Origin: Aplysia californica
Taxonomy: Eukaryota
Length of the DNA stretch: 64,000 bases
Assembly: GCF_000002075.1 (NCBI RefSeq)
Contig: NW_004798611.1
Coordinates: 40,175 to 104,174, forward strand
Direction of reading: 5' to 3'
In this document: positions 37,001-50,416 of the stretch, one piece after another
Layout: each line of letters starts with the position of its first letter
Position numbering within the stretch: position 1 is the first letter of the stretch
The notes under the pieces: generated by a model
Database searches by the model: none
What the model was told of the DNA's origin: nothing
What the model saw: only the letters and a program-made list of their open reading frames with translations
Program-made: the position numbers and the translations under genes

Positions 37001-40000
37001 CACACAACAAGATCAAGAAAATACAGAATTTGAATGATTTGCCCATACAGCATTTGAATCTGGTAAGTTAAATTGTAAGGTCCCTTTAATAAAAATGAAT
37101 CATGGAAGAGCTACGGGGCCAGATAATATTACAGTTGAAATGAATGTCACATTAGAAGAATTGGGTACCGACAAAGCTCTGAAATAATAGCCTATCTACG
37201 ACAGTGGTGAAATTCCAGAAGACGTGGTTAAATTTTTCTTTATGCCTTTACCCAAGTCATGAAGTGCCACAGATATATTTAAATGATCTTATAGGAGTAT
37301 GAATAATGGTCATAGTGGATGTGAGAAGAGAATGGGTGAGTTAAATTGAGTGGCTACTGATCTGTCTGAAACTGAGTTTTGGCTTACACTTACTTTAGAA
37401 AGTTGTGCACATAACTGGCATTACGTCGTAAACATCTACAAGGTAAATATTAAGAGCTAGTATATGTTACCATCCTTATGGTTACAGATGACAGACTGAT
37501 TTTGAGCAATTTTGTGAATGTTGAAATGCTGAGCACCTTGTGTTGTTTCCTACACCTTACATTGTCAAATCGTCTTTGTCTACCTCCTCAGAGCAACAAT
37601 GAGATCAGAATGATCGAAAACTTGGAGACCTTGAAGTACCTGCGGGTAAGACAAATCTCTTTTCATTTCTGAAAGGGTCACGTGCATAAATCGTTATGTG
37701 ACTTGAAATCATATAACTTTTTATCATTGAAATGGTTACCTTTTTTTTAAACTGAGCTGCTTCTGCAATTTCCTGGTCTTTGTTGTTAATTTTGTGGCTG
37801 AATTATGTCCACAAGTAACTGTGGCTGAATTATGTCCACAAGTAATTGTGGCTGAATTATGTCCACAAGTAATTGTGGCTGAATTATGTCCACAAGTAAT
37901 TGTGCACAAATCAATTTCTCTCTTAACTGTTTTTGTTTCGTTGTTGTGCTGTTGTAGGGAAAAACAAAGAGCGTATGTCTTCACAAACACAGCTCAGCTG
38001 TTTCCACAACAAGAAATCCATAAACTTGCCCTCAGTGGACTGATAATTCTGTGTGGATAGTTCAAGCCCACCTTGTCCCTGTAAAAACAAAATTTAGAAA
38101 TGTTCATAACTTTCATGAAAGGTGCAGCAAAAATTGTAAACAAATTAACTTAATCTGTTTTTTCATAGCTATAATTATCTCTGTAATGTGTCGATTCTTT
38201 TCTTGTCCAGGAAGTGAACCTGTCTGGCAACACCATCAGGAGCTTGTCTGGCCTAGACCACAACGTTCTACTGGAATCTGTCGATGTGGAAGACAACGAG
38301 GTTGGCAGCTTTGTAGATTGAAGATAGTTTCTTATTCTCTCTGCTGTTGTTTCTGCAGTGGTAGTTTCCAATTACAGAATACCGGCGTTCATTTAGATGT
38401 TGTCTGTAAGTTTGGAATGATGCTGTTGGAAACTTTAAATCGTAAGAGTTTGGGATTTTTTTTATTGTTAACTGTCAGCTGTGTGATTTGTCGTTCTCTA
38501 AGTGAGGACCTTTATGTTTGTTTGAAGAGAAGACACGAGGCTGAATAACTGCTGCTGCGGTACAACTTGAGCACCTCTTTATACCATGACAGAGAGAAAG
38601 TTCCTCTTTAATATAATTTTTTTTGGTGGATTTGTTCATGAATCATTTTTAGAAAACACAAAGTAAGAAAGCTGCAGACAGAATTTGCTTGACTAGAATT
38701 CTGTGGGACTTTCCAAATCTGTTTGAGTTGATGATCGGTTTGTTTTAGAACAGATATAACAGATAACGGGGACAAAAGACTTGAGAAACAGGAATAATGA
38801 TAGAATTAAGATATCCAACTTTTGCATAGCTTGGAAATGGAGCTGGGAAGTTTGTTGAAATAAAGAATGAAAGTATTTATGTTGTCAATGATATTTTGAA
38901 ATTTCTTTTTTTTTCAGTTGGGGGTTGGGGATTCTGGAGGGTTTTGTTGTTAATGATAGCTAATAATGTAATTTTTTTTAATTCTAGAGGGTTTTGTAGT
39001 ATGAGAGCTAATGTTACTTTAAAAAGCTCTTGAAAATACTTATTTGCTCAGAGGAGATTCTGGCCTCGCTGTCACAGGAAAATAGAATACAAAAGGAAAA
39101 TGGCGGCTCACATCTTTGAAGAGGCGGGGATGAGTCTCTTGCACATTTACTGTGTGTTATGTTTCTACTTTTCTGATGCTTTTCTCTTCCAGGTCATCGA
39201 CATTGTGGAGATCAACCACATCAAGAATGCGAGGAACTTGCGAGACCTGAACTTACTGAGGAATCCGATCCAAGAACTGCCAGACTACAGACTATCCATC
39301 TTGTTCCGGATCAGTCGTCTCACCACGCTGGACAGACACCACGTGAAGGAGCAGGAGAAGGTTGGTTCATTTACATCACAGTCGACATCTTACAAGGTGT
39401 CATTATAATATGTTATATCGCAGTCGAAGTTGTCAGACGGCCGCCCGTTGTCAAGGAGAAATATGGCCGTCTTTGGCAGGTGGACCTCTTACACAGTGTC
39501 ATTGTAATGTGGAGAAATAGGAAGTGGCTGCTTGGAGAGATGTTTGTCTTATACAGGTGGCTGTTAGAGTAGGTCCGGGTGTATTTCAAATGGCAATAGA
39601 CAGTCAGAATAAATGTTTAAAAACGTTGACATGTATGAATGGCTTACCCTTGTTACCGTGCAAGTAATTAAATCATGACTGTAATTCCTGCAGGTGGTTC
39701 CTGCATTATATGCTCGCTTCTAAGGCCAAGCGGGCCAAACCAGATGTCGGAAGTTTCCAGAAATCTTGACCTACACCAAAAGTGGGTATTGCCCTACCTA
39801 AAGAAGAAGTTTGGTTTCATTGGTGTGTGTATTTGTTTGGTTATAGAGAAAACTCTCCTTATCCTTTAAAAAAACTGAATAAGAGTCCAAAAACTTTAAC
39901 CTTGATGTTCTAAGTGACCATATGTGACTCCTTGAGTGGACTCTGAGTTTACGAATTTTTAATTTTCGATTCAACAGGTTGCGGCCATCAATATGTTCGA

Positions 40001-43000
40001 CCCACCACGAGAAGTTGTAGCGTCCCGGGACCACATCATGCACGTCGTCTACTCGTTCCTGCAGCCGTCCAGGGTCTGGGACAGGTAGAAACTTTGGTTT
40101 ACGCCTCCATCCACACAACTTTAGGTCGTTTAGGAGACGTGCTGCCTCAGCCCGCCATCAGGGCCAACCCTAACTGAGGGACATACAACATTTCGGCAGA
40201 AAAACGAAGATACTCAATTGAAGAAACTTACCCGCTCGAGAATCGAACTCCTGTCTTGTGCGTGCAACAATAGTGGCCTAACCTCTACTCCAGAGACACG
40301 GGTCCATCTATAATTCCACGGCTAAATGACTTGGACAGTCAAGACTGGCCTCACAGTTCTCTCATTCAGAAGTCAAAACTCTGGCTTCTTATTCTTGATA
40401 GAAAGAAATTAAAGAAAGAAAATTATGTGCATTTTTGTAGGAACATATTATGTTTATAGTTTGTATAGTTTGATATACATTCCTGCTGACATTTAATTCC
40501 GTCTCTGAGAAAGTAGTTCAGTCTCGTTGTGCAGTGACGGGCGCTGGTTCTGCTTCTCCCTCATTTCTTTGTCTCAGGACTTTTCTCCCCTTCTCTTTTG
40601 GATGTTTGGTTTTAAAAGTGGCAGATTTTGCTGTTGTTTCCCTCTGTTGTGTCTGTCTTTCTGTCTTGCTTTTTCCCTGCACTGAGTGACCTATATTGAG
40701 TTGATGTGCTTTTCTTTACTGGTTAAAAAAAAAGAAATTAAAGCAGATGGGATGCTAGATTTATAGCTGCTGTCTGTTGTTGTGTATTCTACTTGCGAAC
40801 AGTCCAAGAACACCAACAACATTAAACATTACTAAATGAAACAACTTCTCGGGTTGTGTTCCAGAGTTTAATATAAGACTTAAACTTTACAAGACAGTGG
40901 CTTGTGCTGCCGTAGGCTAGACATCTTTGTTCTTGTCTGTCTGTTTATGTGTGTGTGTGTGTGTTACTCTTTTCTTGCTCTCAACGATACCGATATACTG
41001 ACCATTACAGTACTTGTTATGGAATACTGAAAGTGGGTACTTATAATGTTACATTATGATTACTCTACAACATCTGTATTTGCTGTCTGAGAAGCGGTGC
41101 ATCAGCTAGATCTATGTTTTCCTCCGTGTTTCAGTACGCTGCCCAACATCGAGACTCCCTATCCCATGTTGGTGCTGGTTGGGCCTCAAGGATCGGGGAA
41201 GAAAGATCTGTCGATGAAGCTCGTGGATGAGTTTGGAGATTACTTTGGCTATGGGTATGTGACAATGCATGGATAGATCATAGAATAATTGTTATACGTA
41301 CAAATAAAAGGGCCTTTCTTCGTATGTCACACGTCACTAAGCACACTTTTGATTTACCTCTATGTAAACGAAGATATTTGCCTTATTACTAATTTTAAGT
41401 TATCTCTCTAAAGATGCGTAAAACATGTTCCAATAAAGTATTATAAAAGGATGTTTAATGTCTTTTTTTATTTTTTGAAGTGTTTCATTTTGACAAACAT
41501 TATTTGGCACCTTCTGACCTCTGCTCATGTGACAAGAGTGTTATATGTAGGCCTATATATTGTAACAGACGTATGAAGAGGATACGTCTCAGACTCAATG
41601 CAATATATATCTGGTCCCTTAGAATTTTGGGAGATGAAAGGAATAGCAAGCTGCATTGTGCTGTTTCATACTGATATTACTAGGCTAGCGCAACTGTGTG
41701 AAAGATTGAAATTCCAATATATATATTTTCTGGTAAGTGGACTCGTGACTGTTATAACAAAAATTATGTGTTTGTATTTTAGAGAATCAGTTTAGAATTA
41801 TTTCCGTCTGTGAAATCACTGCTCTGATATATCTCAGTCTCATGGTTATGTATTTTGTACGAGGAAAGAATTTGTCACTCGTTGGATATAAGCAAATATG
41901 ATCTGAATATCACTGGGTTTTTAAAAAAATATTTTGAACATTTTAGAGATTTGGTATATCTCGCACAGAGCCTGTTTATGATACCTCCTTTTTTGTAGGT
42001 GCCGTTCAGTTCCAAAATATTATTATGTGTTGAGTGACCTCACTTCAATTATCGTGGCATCTCTTATAAAACTGATACAACCAGTGGAGAAACATACTTT
42101 TTGTAGTCTGCATTGTTACTCTATTTACGGTAGAGGGTTTTACGGCTCTCACAACTGCATAAGGTCATATGAGCGCCAAGGGGTGGGTGTCAACAGAGAA
42201 GTCCTTACAGGGAATCAGGCTTATTCTGCTCACCTCTCTAGCTTCAACAGCACAAGGTCTGCTTCGACTATCAAGGCACCCCGGAAATAGCGGTTCACAA
42301 GAGAGTGACAAACATACAAAAGAAGTAGAGGAAAATGACAATAGTAAGGATTAGGAAAGAAAAAGCAGCAGTTCCCTGTTGTAGTTCAGGCACAGTTATG
42401 AGCGTGACATTTTTAGATGAGCCCATTTACAATTCTACTGTTTTTGAACGAGAAATGTCCCCCCTTTGGGAATGGCCTAAAGACACTACAGTCAGTGGCA
42501 CTGCCCTGGGGGGCAGTTGTTACTCTATGATTTACCATGGTTTTGCTACATTTTTCCGGCAGTATTTCCCACACTACCAGGCAACCTCGTTCAGATGAAG
42601 TGGCAGGCAAGGATTACTACTTTGCATCGCTTGAAAAATTTGAGATGGATATCAAAATGGTAATTTACAAAGTCTTATCTTTTGTGGTGCTTAAAATGAT
42701 AGTCAAGAGAAAATGTATCTAGAAAAATATGTAAAGATAAGTTTTGAAGATCTGCAAATATTTCTTTCTCTGAAATCAGAATCGAAGTTTCAATTTAACT
42801 TTCAGTATCTGTTTTATGACTTTAGTTTTCTTTTCTGCTGTAAAAGTAGAGATGGTTGTACAGGTTTATTCATGTCTCTCAAAAAACTGTCAGAGCAGTT
42901 GTTTCAGGAAAGATTTTGGTCCAACTTGTGTATCGTTCTTCAAATGCTTCAAGGCATTTAAAAGACTTTTAAAATGAAATAAAACATTTTGTTTTGTGAC

Positions 43001-46000
43001 AATTGTTTGTGTAGGGCCAGTTTATCCAGACATATCAGTGTGACAATTGTTTGTGTAGGGCCAGTTTATCTAGACATATCAGTGTGACAATTGTTTGTGT
43101 AGGGCCAGTTTATCCAGACATATCAGTGTGACAATTGTTTGTGTAGGGCCAGTTTATCTAGACATATCAGTGTGACAATTGTTTGTGTAGGGCCAGTTTA
43201 TCCAGACATATCAGTGTGACAATTGTTTGTGTAGGGCCAGTTTATCCAGACATATCAGTACTGTGACAACTGGTACGGACTGCAGATGGAATCTGTGGAG
43301 AACGTCGCCCGAGAGGGATTGGCCTGTGTGGTTCACATGGAGCTGGAGGTAAACCTTTTCCTCTTTTTGCTTTTTCTCTTTTTGGGGTTTTATTTTCTTT
43401 CTGCTTTTTTGTTCTTTTCTCTTTCTACTTTTGGGGAAAATTTTCTAATTCTCTGGTTTCTCCTGTTTTGTTTTAGATTTTTGTGGTTCTTAATGAATAA
43501 ATATAAAGTTTTTTTGGTCTATTTTTCTATTACAAATGCGGTGGCCATTTTTCCAATGTTCAAGGAAGGGACAGACCAAACATTTCATGACAGAATATCT
43601 CTCTCTTTGTTTTGTTTTTTCTGTAGTTTCTGCATTTTAAAATGTACTTGTTCTTCATGTTTCCCTCTGATTAGACAAGGGGATAAGAATATGTCTTTTA
43701 AATCACATTCTCAATGACTCACTGCTTAAAATGGTCTTTTTAAAAAATCTGTGAAGTCAAGATATTGTCAGAGTACGTCATTTACCATCGAAAAAGACGT
43801 TCAGGGAAAAGTAACCTTTCCTTGTTGACTCTCCAGGGAGTGCTGACCTTGAAGAACACATACTTCGAGCCCCGCTACGTACTGGTCATGCCTCTCAACG
43901 CGGAGGACCATGAACGACGACTCCGAGAACGTGGGATCTACACGGAGGACCAGATCCAGAAAACTCTGAAGAGATCGGACATGTACGTCAAGCAGAATCA
44001 GGACCACCCTGGCTTCTTTGACATGATGATCTGCAGTGGTGAGTCTCTCGTTGAATTCAGGAGTACTTTTTATGTGGACATTTTTGTATGACTTTTTGAC
44101 TTGTGCTTCCCTTTTCAGCACAATTTAAGTTATTCAAAAGATTGGGGGGTGGGGGGTGGAGAGAGGACAGGATTTTCAAGGTAATGCCCATCTCAGATTA
44201 GATGGATGTGAAGCCTTAAGACTCTCCAAAGGTTCCCCCCCCCCCTCTCTGTTGTGTCCTTGGGAAAGGCACCCCACGAATTTTCCTCACTTCACCCAGG
44301 TGGGAATGGGTACCCGGCCATAGACAGCGAAAGACTTGTCAGTATGTTAGGGTTTTAGCGCCTATAAATGGCCGCTTGCACTGTATGCTTCCCAGGAAGC
44401 TGAGGTTGTTTCAGAATGCTCTCAGGTCTGCTGGGGTAATAGTGTAGATTGTGAAGCGCATAGAGCTTGCTTTTGAGCGGGGATGAGAGCTATACAAATG
44501 CTATCTATAATTGTCAAAACACATAGAGCTTGCTGTTGAATGGGGATTTGCACTATACAAATTCTATCTATGATTATTACTTCCCTACAGATGACATCAC
44601 AGAAGCCTACAAACAGATGCGGCGGCTGGTGATGGATTACCTGGGCATCAGCACCACCACGCCCGTGAGCACGGCCGCCCCCTACACCATCACAGACACA
44701 AGGGAGGTCACCGACGCCTTCCAGGGCTTCACCGGCGCGGCCTCGTCCAATCAGATGGGAGCCCGGACCTGGTCCAAGCCCAGCATTCCGGACAGCATGT
44801 CTCAGACGAGAGGGCCCAGGGTCAGCTCAGGGGCACCAGTCAGCCGAGGCATCGTTGTGAGTTTTGTTGGTTGAGCAGTAGGATCATGATCTTGTTTGTT
44901 GTTTGTTGTTTTGTTGTGTGAGCAGCCTTGTCCAGTGTGACATAATGAGAAACTGACTGGTGTTTCGTTCATCTCGAGCCCTCACTGTTTCACTTCCTTT
45001 ACTATGTTGTCTGTATTTCATTTTCAACATGTTACATTTAATAATAATAATAATAAATGACATTTATATAGCGCCCAACCCTGATTAAAGTACACAGGAT
45101 CTGGGCGCTTTACAATACAGTACAACGTACAACAGTAACTTAAAACGTTGTGGTCTGACTAAAAGAAGATCACTCCAAACATTCATCTTATTAATTTAAA
45201 TTCAGAAATGATTTCAGCTGGCATTTGAATGAATCAAAAGATTTGATCTCTCTTAAAGTATTTGGCCAAGCATTCCAGATCTTGGGGCCTTGATTTCCCA
45301 AACTTACACTGTCAAACCTGCTCTCACAGCCACCTGTCCAGGATACTCACCTGTACCAACAACCACTTCCAACGCCCCAATCTCCCGAGTTTCCCTATTT
45401 TTTCTCAGTTTTGACTGCCAGCCATGAGAAATAGTTTTTGAGCCAAAGTTCAGATAACATGTCAAGGGAAGCAACCAAAACAATTCAAATATGTAAAAAC
45501 AGTCAACAAAGTTATTTTCCTTTTCCCCCCCGGCAATTTGAGACCTGGAATTTTAAAACACATCTATCAATTGTCAAACCAGGCTGGGAAAGGTGTAAGG
45601 CTGCCACTGCCAAACAGCTTTCACAAGCAGCTTCCTATGGAAAGTCATGGATTCTTGTAAATAGTATATATATAGAATCTGCAACAAGTATGTGTATATA
45701 TGTGTCGAGACATGGTGGAATCAGGCGCATGTCAATTTTTGAGCGTGTGGAGTTATTGGTATCATCTGAGAGCTCAATCGTTTGTCTTGCTTTCAGTGAA
45801 AAAATATCCATCTAGTTTGAATAGAGGTCGAGATATTTGCCATTTAAGAAGGTGGGTAGTCTGGTTTCAGTGATTAAATTAATGAGAAAATGGCCGCTAA
45901 AGTTTGGTAACTTCAATAACTTAGGAGTCCGTGAAAATTGAAAATTACTTATTTTGTGCCATTAAACAAGGTTTTTCAGTAAAATTTCACGTCAAAATGT

Positions 46001-49000
46001 GTTGTCGTATGAACATAAAAGGTGTTTAGCCAAAAACAAAAATTTCTATAAAAATTGCCAAACTTGTGAGAAAATGCCTTTTTTCTTCAATTTCGTTATT
46101 TTGACGAGCGCCTGATTCCACCGCGATGCTTCACATGTTATAAAGAAGTGTTTAAAAGCAGAGATTTCCTTTGTATAACCTTGTGGCCCCGACCATCCTA
46201 TTTCTTGTTGCTGAGAAATGAGACACTTGCCAGTAGGCCTACATTGTACTTTTACAACCTATGGGATTATAACCGTAAAAATCAACTGCTATGTTTAACC
46301 CATTGGTACGTAGTGTTGATAATTCAGCTGAAATCTTAGAGGATGGATCTAGAGATTTAGATAATGCTAGCTGGGCCCCCTTTCGATGAAAGGAATGATC
46401 GGTGCATTAACATCAACTGAAAGTCATTGGCCTACTATATTACACTCTACTGGAATGGAGAAATAAATCTTGAGAGATGCAAAAATTAGAAGGCCTTGAT
46501 CTAGATCTATACTCTCAAAACAAAATGCGCCTTGCAAAATATCACTTCCACACCGGATTTTCTAAAATTGCATAGACAGAAGCGTCAGCCTACAAAAGCG
46601 ATCGGCGAAATAAAGAAATTTAGCTTCTTTTTTTTTTTAGCAAAACTCTTTCAAAACTGAAAAAACAAAGGGCATCATGATCAGGAGAATATTTTAAGGA
46701 ATCTTTTGGCGAAAACCGCATGTCGATCGATGCAGCCATTAAAAAGCCTTTTGAATAGCAACATTCAGCCACCACAAATAGATAATAGATTGGTGATTAG
46801 AATTTAATGCACTATAATATCCTTTTAAAAATTTTTTTGGTGTATTATCTGCGAAACGGCGCGATTTTGAAATCTGCCTATTTTTTTTCATTTCTCCCTA
46901 AAAATGTTGGCTCATCTCCCTCCAATCTCTCCTGGCAGGTGGCCATCTCTGTATTGAGTTGACTTACAACAGGGTCTTCAATTTTCATATCCACTCTCAT
47001 GATTGTAAACACATTGCATACATCAATGATCATCTTTTGTTTTTAAAACAACAAATTACTCTTCTTATATCTATTTGTGGTGGCCGAATGTTGCTATTCA
47101 AAAGGCTTTTTAATGGCTGCATCGATCGACATGCGGTTTTCATGAAAAGATTCTTTAAAATATTCTTTAAAATATATATAATTTCTTTATTTCGCCGATC
47201 GCTTTTGTAGGCCGACGCTTTTGTCCTTGTAATTTTAGAAAACCCGGGAGTGACATTTCGTGAGGCGCATTTTGTTTTGAGAGTATAGATCTAGACCTTC
47301 TAATTTTTTGCATCTCTCAAAAGTTATTGCCCCATTTCAGTAGAGTGTAGGCCTAAATATAGTACGTAGGCCAATTACTTTTAGTTGATATTAAAGCACT
47401 GATCATTCCTTTCATCGAAAGGGCCCCAGCTAGGCCACGCATATATATGTGCAACATGTAAACACCAAATTTATTTCCCATGTATTATTATGATATGTGC
47501 AGTATGTGAACACCAAATTCATTTCTCACAAATAGTCATGATACGTGCTGCGTGTATTTTGTGCATATATTTTGTGCGTGTACGTGATGACAGTTTTCTT
47601 TTCCCTCCTTCCAGGAAGAGGAGTCCATCAAACGTCGGCACAGCGCGGCCAGGGAAGTTGTCAGCGGCTACGTGCCGCCACTGTACGAGCAGCTGTTGAC
47701 AAAGTAAGTCTACGTATTCTGTACGTTCATAGAAAGAAAATAAAAAAGCAAAGATCTCTTTTATTCTTCCTTGTGGAAATTTAGTTTACACAGTGCATGA
47801 GTATTTTCTTACACAGTGCATGAGTATTTTCTTACACAGTGCATGAGTATTTTCTTACACAGTGCATGAGTATTTTCTTACACAGTGCATGAGTATTTTC
47901 AAAGCTGACAGAACCACACAAAACAGAAAAGTCCCAGCTGACACAGATATGCCTGTACCTTTGCTTGTCACGGTCGTACAGTGGGCCTATGCAGTACTCA
48001 GTCTTGAGCTACAGATAACTTGTCTTGCCAAAGAATGCACTGAACTGATTATCTGTGTAATATCCAGTGCATATTGGAGACAGTTTCTTTCAAATCTCCA
48101 TTTGAATCAGTAGTGTTCAATATGAGCCCACGACTTGGCAAATATTAGCAATGAAGATTACCGAGATAGCCTGTGTATACTTGTTCCGCGCTATTTACCG
48201 ATCGATGCAATCTTAAGATTGCCCTGCGCGGTTTAACGATTGTATAATTGTATCATTCTTGTGAGCTCTGAAGTTTCATATGTTAATTTTAATTTTAATT
48301 TTCATATATTTACTTTTTTGAAAATATATGTGAATGTTTTTTTTTTATTTAAGTAAAAGAATAAAGATGGAAGTGAATTTTTTTTAAAAGTATTTTTGAA
48401 ATATCAAATAAATTAAATGTACTTTTGAACTTTGAGTTTGATACTTGGCGTTGTATCATTCTTGTGAGCTCTTCAGTTTCATAGGTTAATTTTAATTTTT
48501 ATGTGAATGTTCCTTGATGTGAGTAAAAGAATAAAAATGAAAGTGAATAATATTTAAAAATGATTTCAAAAATATGAAATATTAACGCAATCTTCAGATT
48601 GCCACGCAATTTTACGATCGGTGACTAGCGCGGAACATTCTCATATATTTGATGTTGACAGGCTCTGATAAATGGATCTGAACTGGTGTGTGATATGCTT
48701 TTGCATTACGCTGAACTGATGTATGATTTTCACAACAAAGGCACATCAAAGTTATCTTTTGTAGTATGCTGGACTGATGTATATTTCTAGCAACAAAAGC
48801 TCATCAAAGTAATCCTGCCGTCCCCCCTCCCCCCCCCCCAGCTACCCTAAGACAGCCCCTCAGACAGTGGAGGGTCAACTAGGCCTGGGAGAGAACGGCG
48901 AGCCGCGCGCCTACTCCGCCCCCATCAACCCGGCCGAACCAGGAGTGGACCTTGGGGAGGCGGGGCCTCCAGCGTCCCCCGATTCCTCCTCCAGTCAGAC

Positions 49001-49274
49001 CAGCTCCAGCTCCAACCTGTCCGACCTTGACTCGGCCACGGAGCTCCAGCGGGGCAGGGATGGCAAACACAACACCAACTCTAAGGGACTGCTGCCCACG
49101 GAGAAGGTGAACCCGCTGGCCCTGATAGACGAGCAGGGCTACCGCTCCGCGTCCAACACGCAACTGCCTCCTGCCCGCCCCCCGTCTGCCCCAAGACCGG
49201 ACTCGAAGACCGGCGTGATCAGACCGGGCTCCAACCGCCACGTAGTGCTGCCTCCTATACAGAACGTTGCGTGA
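34040..49274 (+). CDS. LRGUK: Leucine-rich repeat and guanylate kinase domain-containing protein, ~818 aa; join(34040..34258,34977..35084,35705..35786,36261..36443,36938..37062,37592..37645,38211..38300,39193..39360,39978..40084,41135..41254,42563..42659,43235..43348,43837..44038,44591..44856,47615..47703,48842..49274)
   Basis: SDS22-like LRRs ([35 protein letters not shown]), then an LRR cap ([24 protein letters not shown]), then a guanylate-kinase domain ([30 protein letters not shown]). All 16 exons are phase-compatible (2457 nt). The exon 1 donor is weak and an N gap lies in intron 1. Confidence 0.92.
34461..34780. other. Assembly gap in LRGUK intron 1 (other gaps: 19931-20471, 24768-24867)
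   Basis: Run of N. Confidence 1.
35787..36260 (+). other. GC-AG intron, LRGUK intron 3
   Basis: Donor CAG|GCAAGA gives the phase-1 junction [13 protein letters not shown], which keeps LRR spacing. No comparably good phase-1 GT donor lies nearby. Confidence 0.8.
36444..36937 (+). other. U12-type (minor spliceosome) GT-AG intron, LRGUK intron 4
   Basis: 5' end GTATCCTTT. Branch site TTTCCTCAAC at 36919-36928, ~10 nt before the AG at 36936-36937. No polypyrimidine tract. Splicing restores the LRR reading LVLDNNTI. Confidence 0.9.
37090..37272 (+). mobile_element. Degenerate RTE-like LINE reverse transcriptase fragment
   Basis: Encodes [25 protein letters not shown] / [16 protein letters not shown] with stops and frameshifts. 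Confidence 0.7.
37792..37903 (+). repeat. 27-bp tandem repeat (TGTGGCTGAATTATGTCCACAAGTAAT) x4
   Basis: Direct repeats in LRGUK intron 6. Confidence 0.95.
40158..40300 (-). mobile_element. tRNA-derived SINE, family copy 4
   Basis: Reverse strand reads GTGTCTCTGGAGTAGAGGTTAGG...GAGTTCGATTCTCG...ATTGAGTATCT...GGGTTGGCCCTGA. Confidence 0.7.
42995..43258 (+). repeat. 44-bp tandem repeat x6 spanning the LRGUK intron 11 / exon 12 junction
   Basis: Unit TGTGACAATTGTTTGTGTAG|GGCCAGTTTATCYAGACATATCAG. Confidence 0.97.
44248..44510 (+). mobile_element. CORE-like SINE body with L2-type tail
   Basis: GTTGTGTCCTTGGGAAAGGCAC...CACCCAGGTG..AATGGGTACC core and tail TGTGAAGCGCATAGAG...GCTATACAAATG. A similar tail lies at 24989-25050. 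Confidence 0.6.
45040..45290 (-). mobile_element. L2/CR1-group LINE 3' end
   Basis: Reverse strand encodes [29 protein letters not shown], then TGTAAAGCGC...GCGCTATATAAATG and a (TTA)n tail. Confidence 0.7.
45700..46136. mobile_element. MITE with imperfect ~35-bp TIRs (ATGTG...GGTGGAATCAGGCGC..GTCAA), full copy
   Basis: Left arm CATGGTGGAATCAGGCGCATGTCAA; right arm TTGACGAGCGCCTGATTCCACC...CACAT. Homologous to 26292-26658 and 6230-6340. Confidence 0.75.
46367..47433. mobile_element. Long inverted repeat / foldback element in LRGUK intron 14
   Basis: ~46367-46784 is the reverse complement (with indels) of ~47068-47433, with a ~280-bp spacer. Confidence 0.85.
47787..47899 (+). repeat. 23-bp tandem repeat (TACACAGTGCATGAGTATTTTCT) x5
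   Basis: Direct repeats in LRGUK intron 15. Confidence 0.95.
48182..48637. mobile_element. MITE-like element with short TIRs and an internal direct duplication
   Basis: TGTTCCGCGCTA..ACCGATCG at the left end and CGATCGGT..TAGCGCGGAACA at the right. TTGTATCATTCTTGTGAGCTCT... is repeated at ~48248 and ~48451. Confidence 0.65.
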
Positions 49275-50416
49275 ACCGTGGGGAGGAAACGGCGTGGTTG
49301 AACCGGTGGGGGGGGGGGGAGGGGGACAGTTGTAGGTGAACAATTGTGGAAGAGAGAACTGATTTGTGTGGTGAAATCTGTGAAAACTAGGTCACCTCAA
49401 CATGTTTGTTTTGTCTCATTTAATCTGTCAAGTCTGTGGAAAGGGATATATCAGAGTTCCAATGTAATGTTTGCACTGTGGGGGTCAATATACGAAGAGC
49501 GACATTAATCCAAACCCTGGAAATTTTGCCTTTGGCTTTTTGTGAGAGAATTATAACGTTGTTGGAATCCTAACTGTCTGTCGTAACAAACTGATAAATC
49601 TAGGCCGCTTCACACATGATAGACGTTGATAAAGAGGCTAAATCTTCCAAGAAATGTCTGCCTTAGACTAGATGGGGTTGAGCATCTTCAGAATTCTCCG
49701 GACTGCCAGACTTTATCGTGGTTTTTTAACTGGGATTTTTTCCCCAGGAATTGGCCCCATGTTTTCCAAACTGAGATGTGAGCACTCTCACTAGCAAGTA
49801 TATGGAGTAGATAGAAAGCACAAATGGCGAATTTGTACATTTATAATATAAAAGTTTCGAATGATTTTTAAAATCCTTGAAATAAATGAGAGAAAAGACT
49901 CTGCAATTGTTGATATCTGTGTACAGTTTTGCAGTTTTGCAACCATCAAATGGCTCAACAAAGTTTGACTATGTAAATAGAGGCCAAGCTACGAAGTGGT
50001 CAAAGCAAACAAATATACCGCTGCAGTTGGTTGGTAGAGTGGTCATGCAGTTGCTACAGGAACTGTCACTAATTGGTTGCTGTAAAATACACGTATCATG
50101 TTTGAAAAAATGTATACCAGCGCATGATTAAACTTATTTCTACAATGCAAGGTCAAGGTTCTGTTTCTTTCTGTATGATGTGAGTACGATTCATGGAACC
50201 AAAAGGTTTCACTGATGCAAAATACGTTTCTTATCATTCTGAGGAGACCAATCATTATTTTCATCGTATTCTTGTCGGGTCTTGCTCACTTTAGTTTTGC
50301 CTTGAAATACACCAGAAGATTTTTTTAGAAACAATGTAAGCCTGGCTAGTCCCTATTGCCATGGCCACTGTTTTTGGAATTTGTGGCGGAGATTATTTGG
50401 ACACACCCTCACCCCT

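Noticed and set aside
39420-39583. Possible Tc1/pogo-type MITE remnant
   Set aside because: TIRs too degenerate to support by eye.
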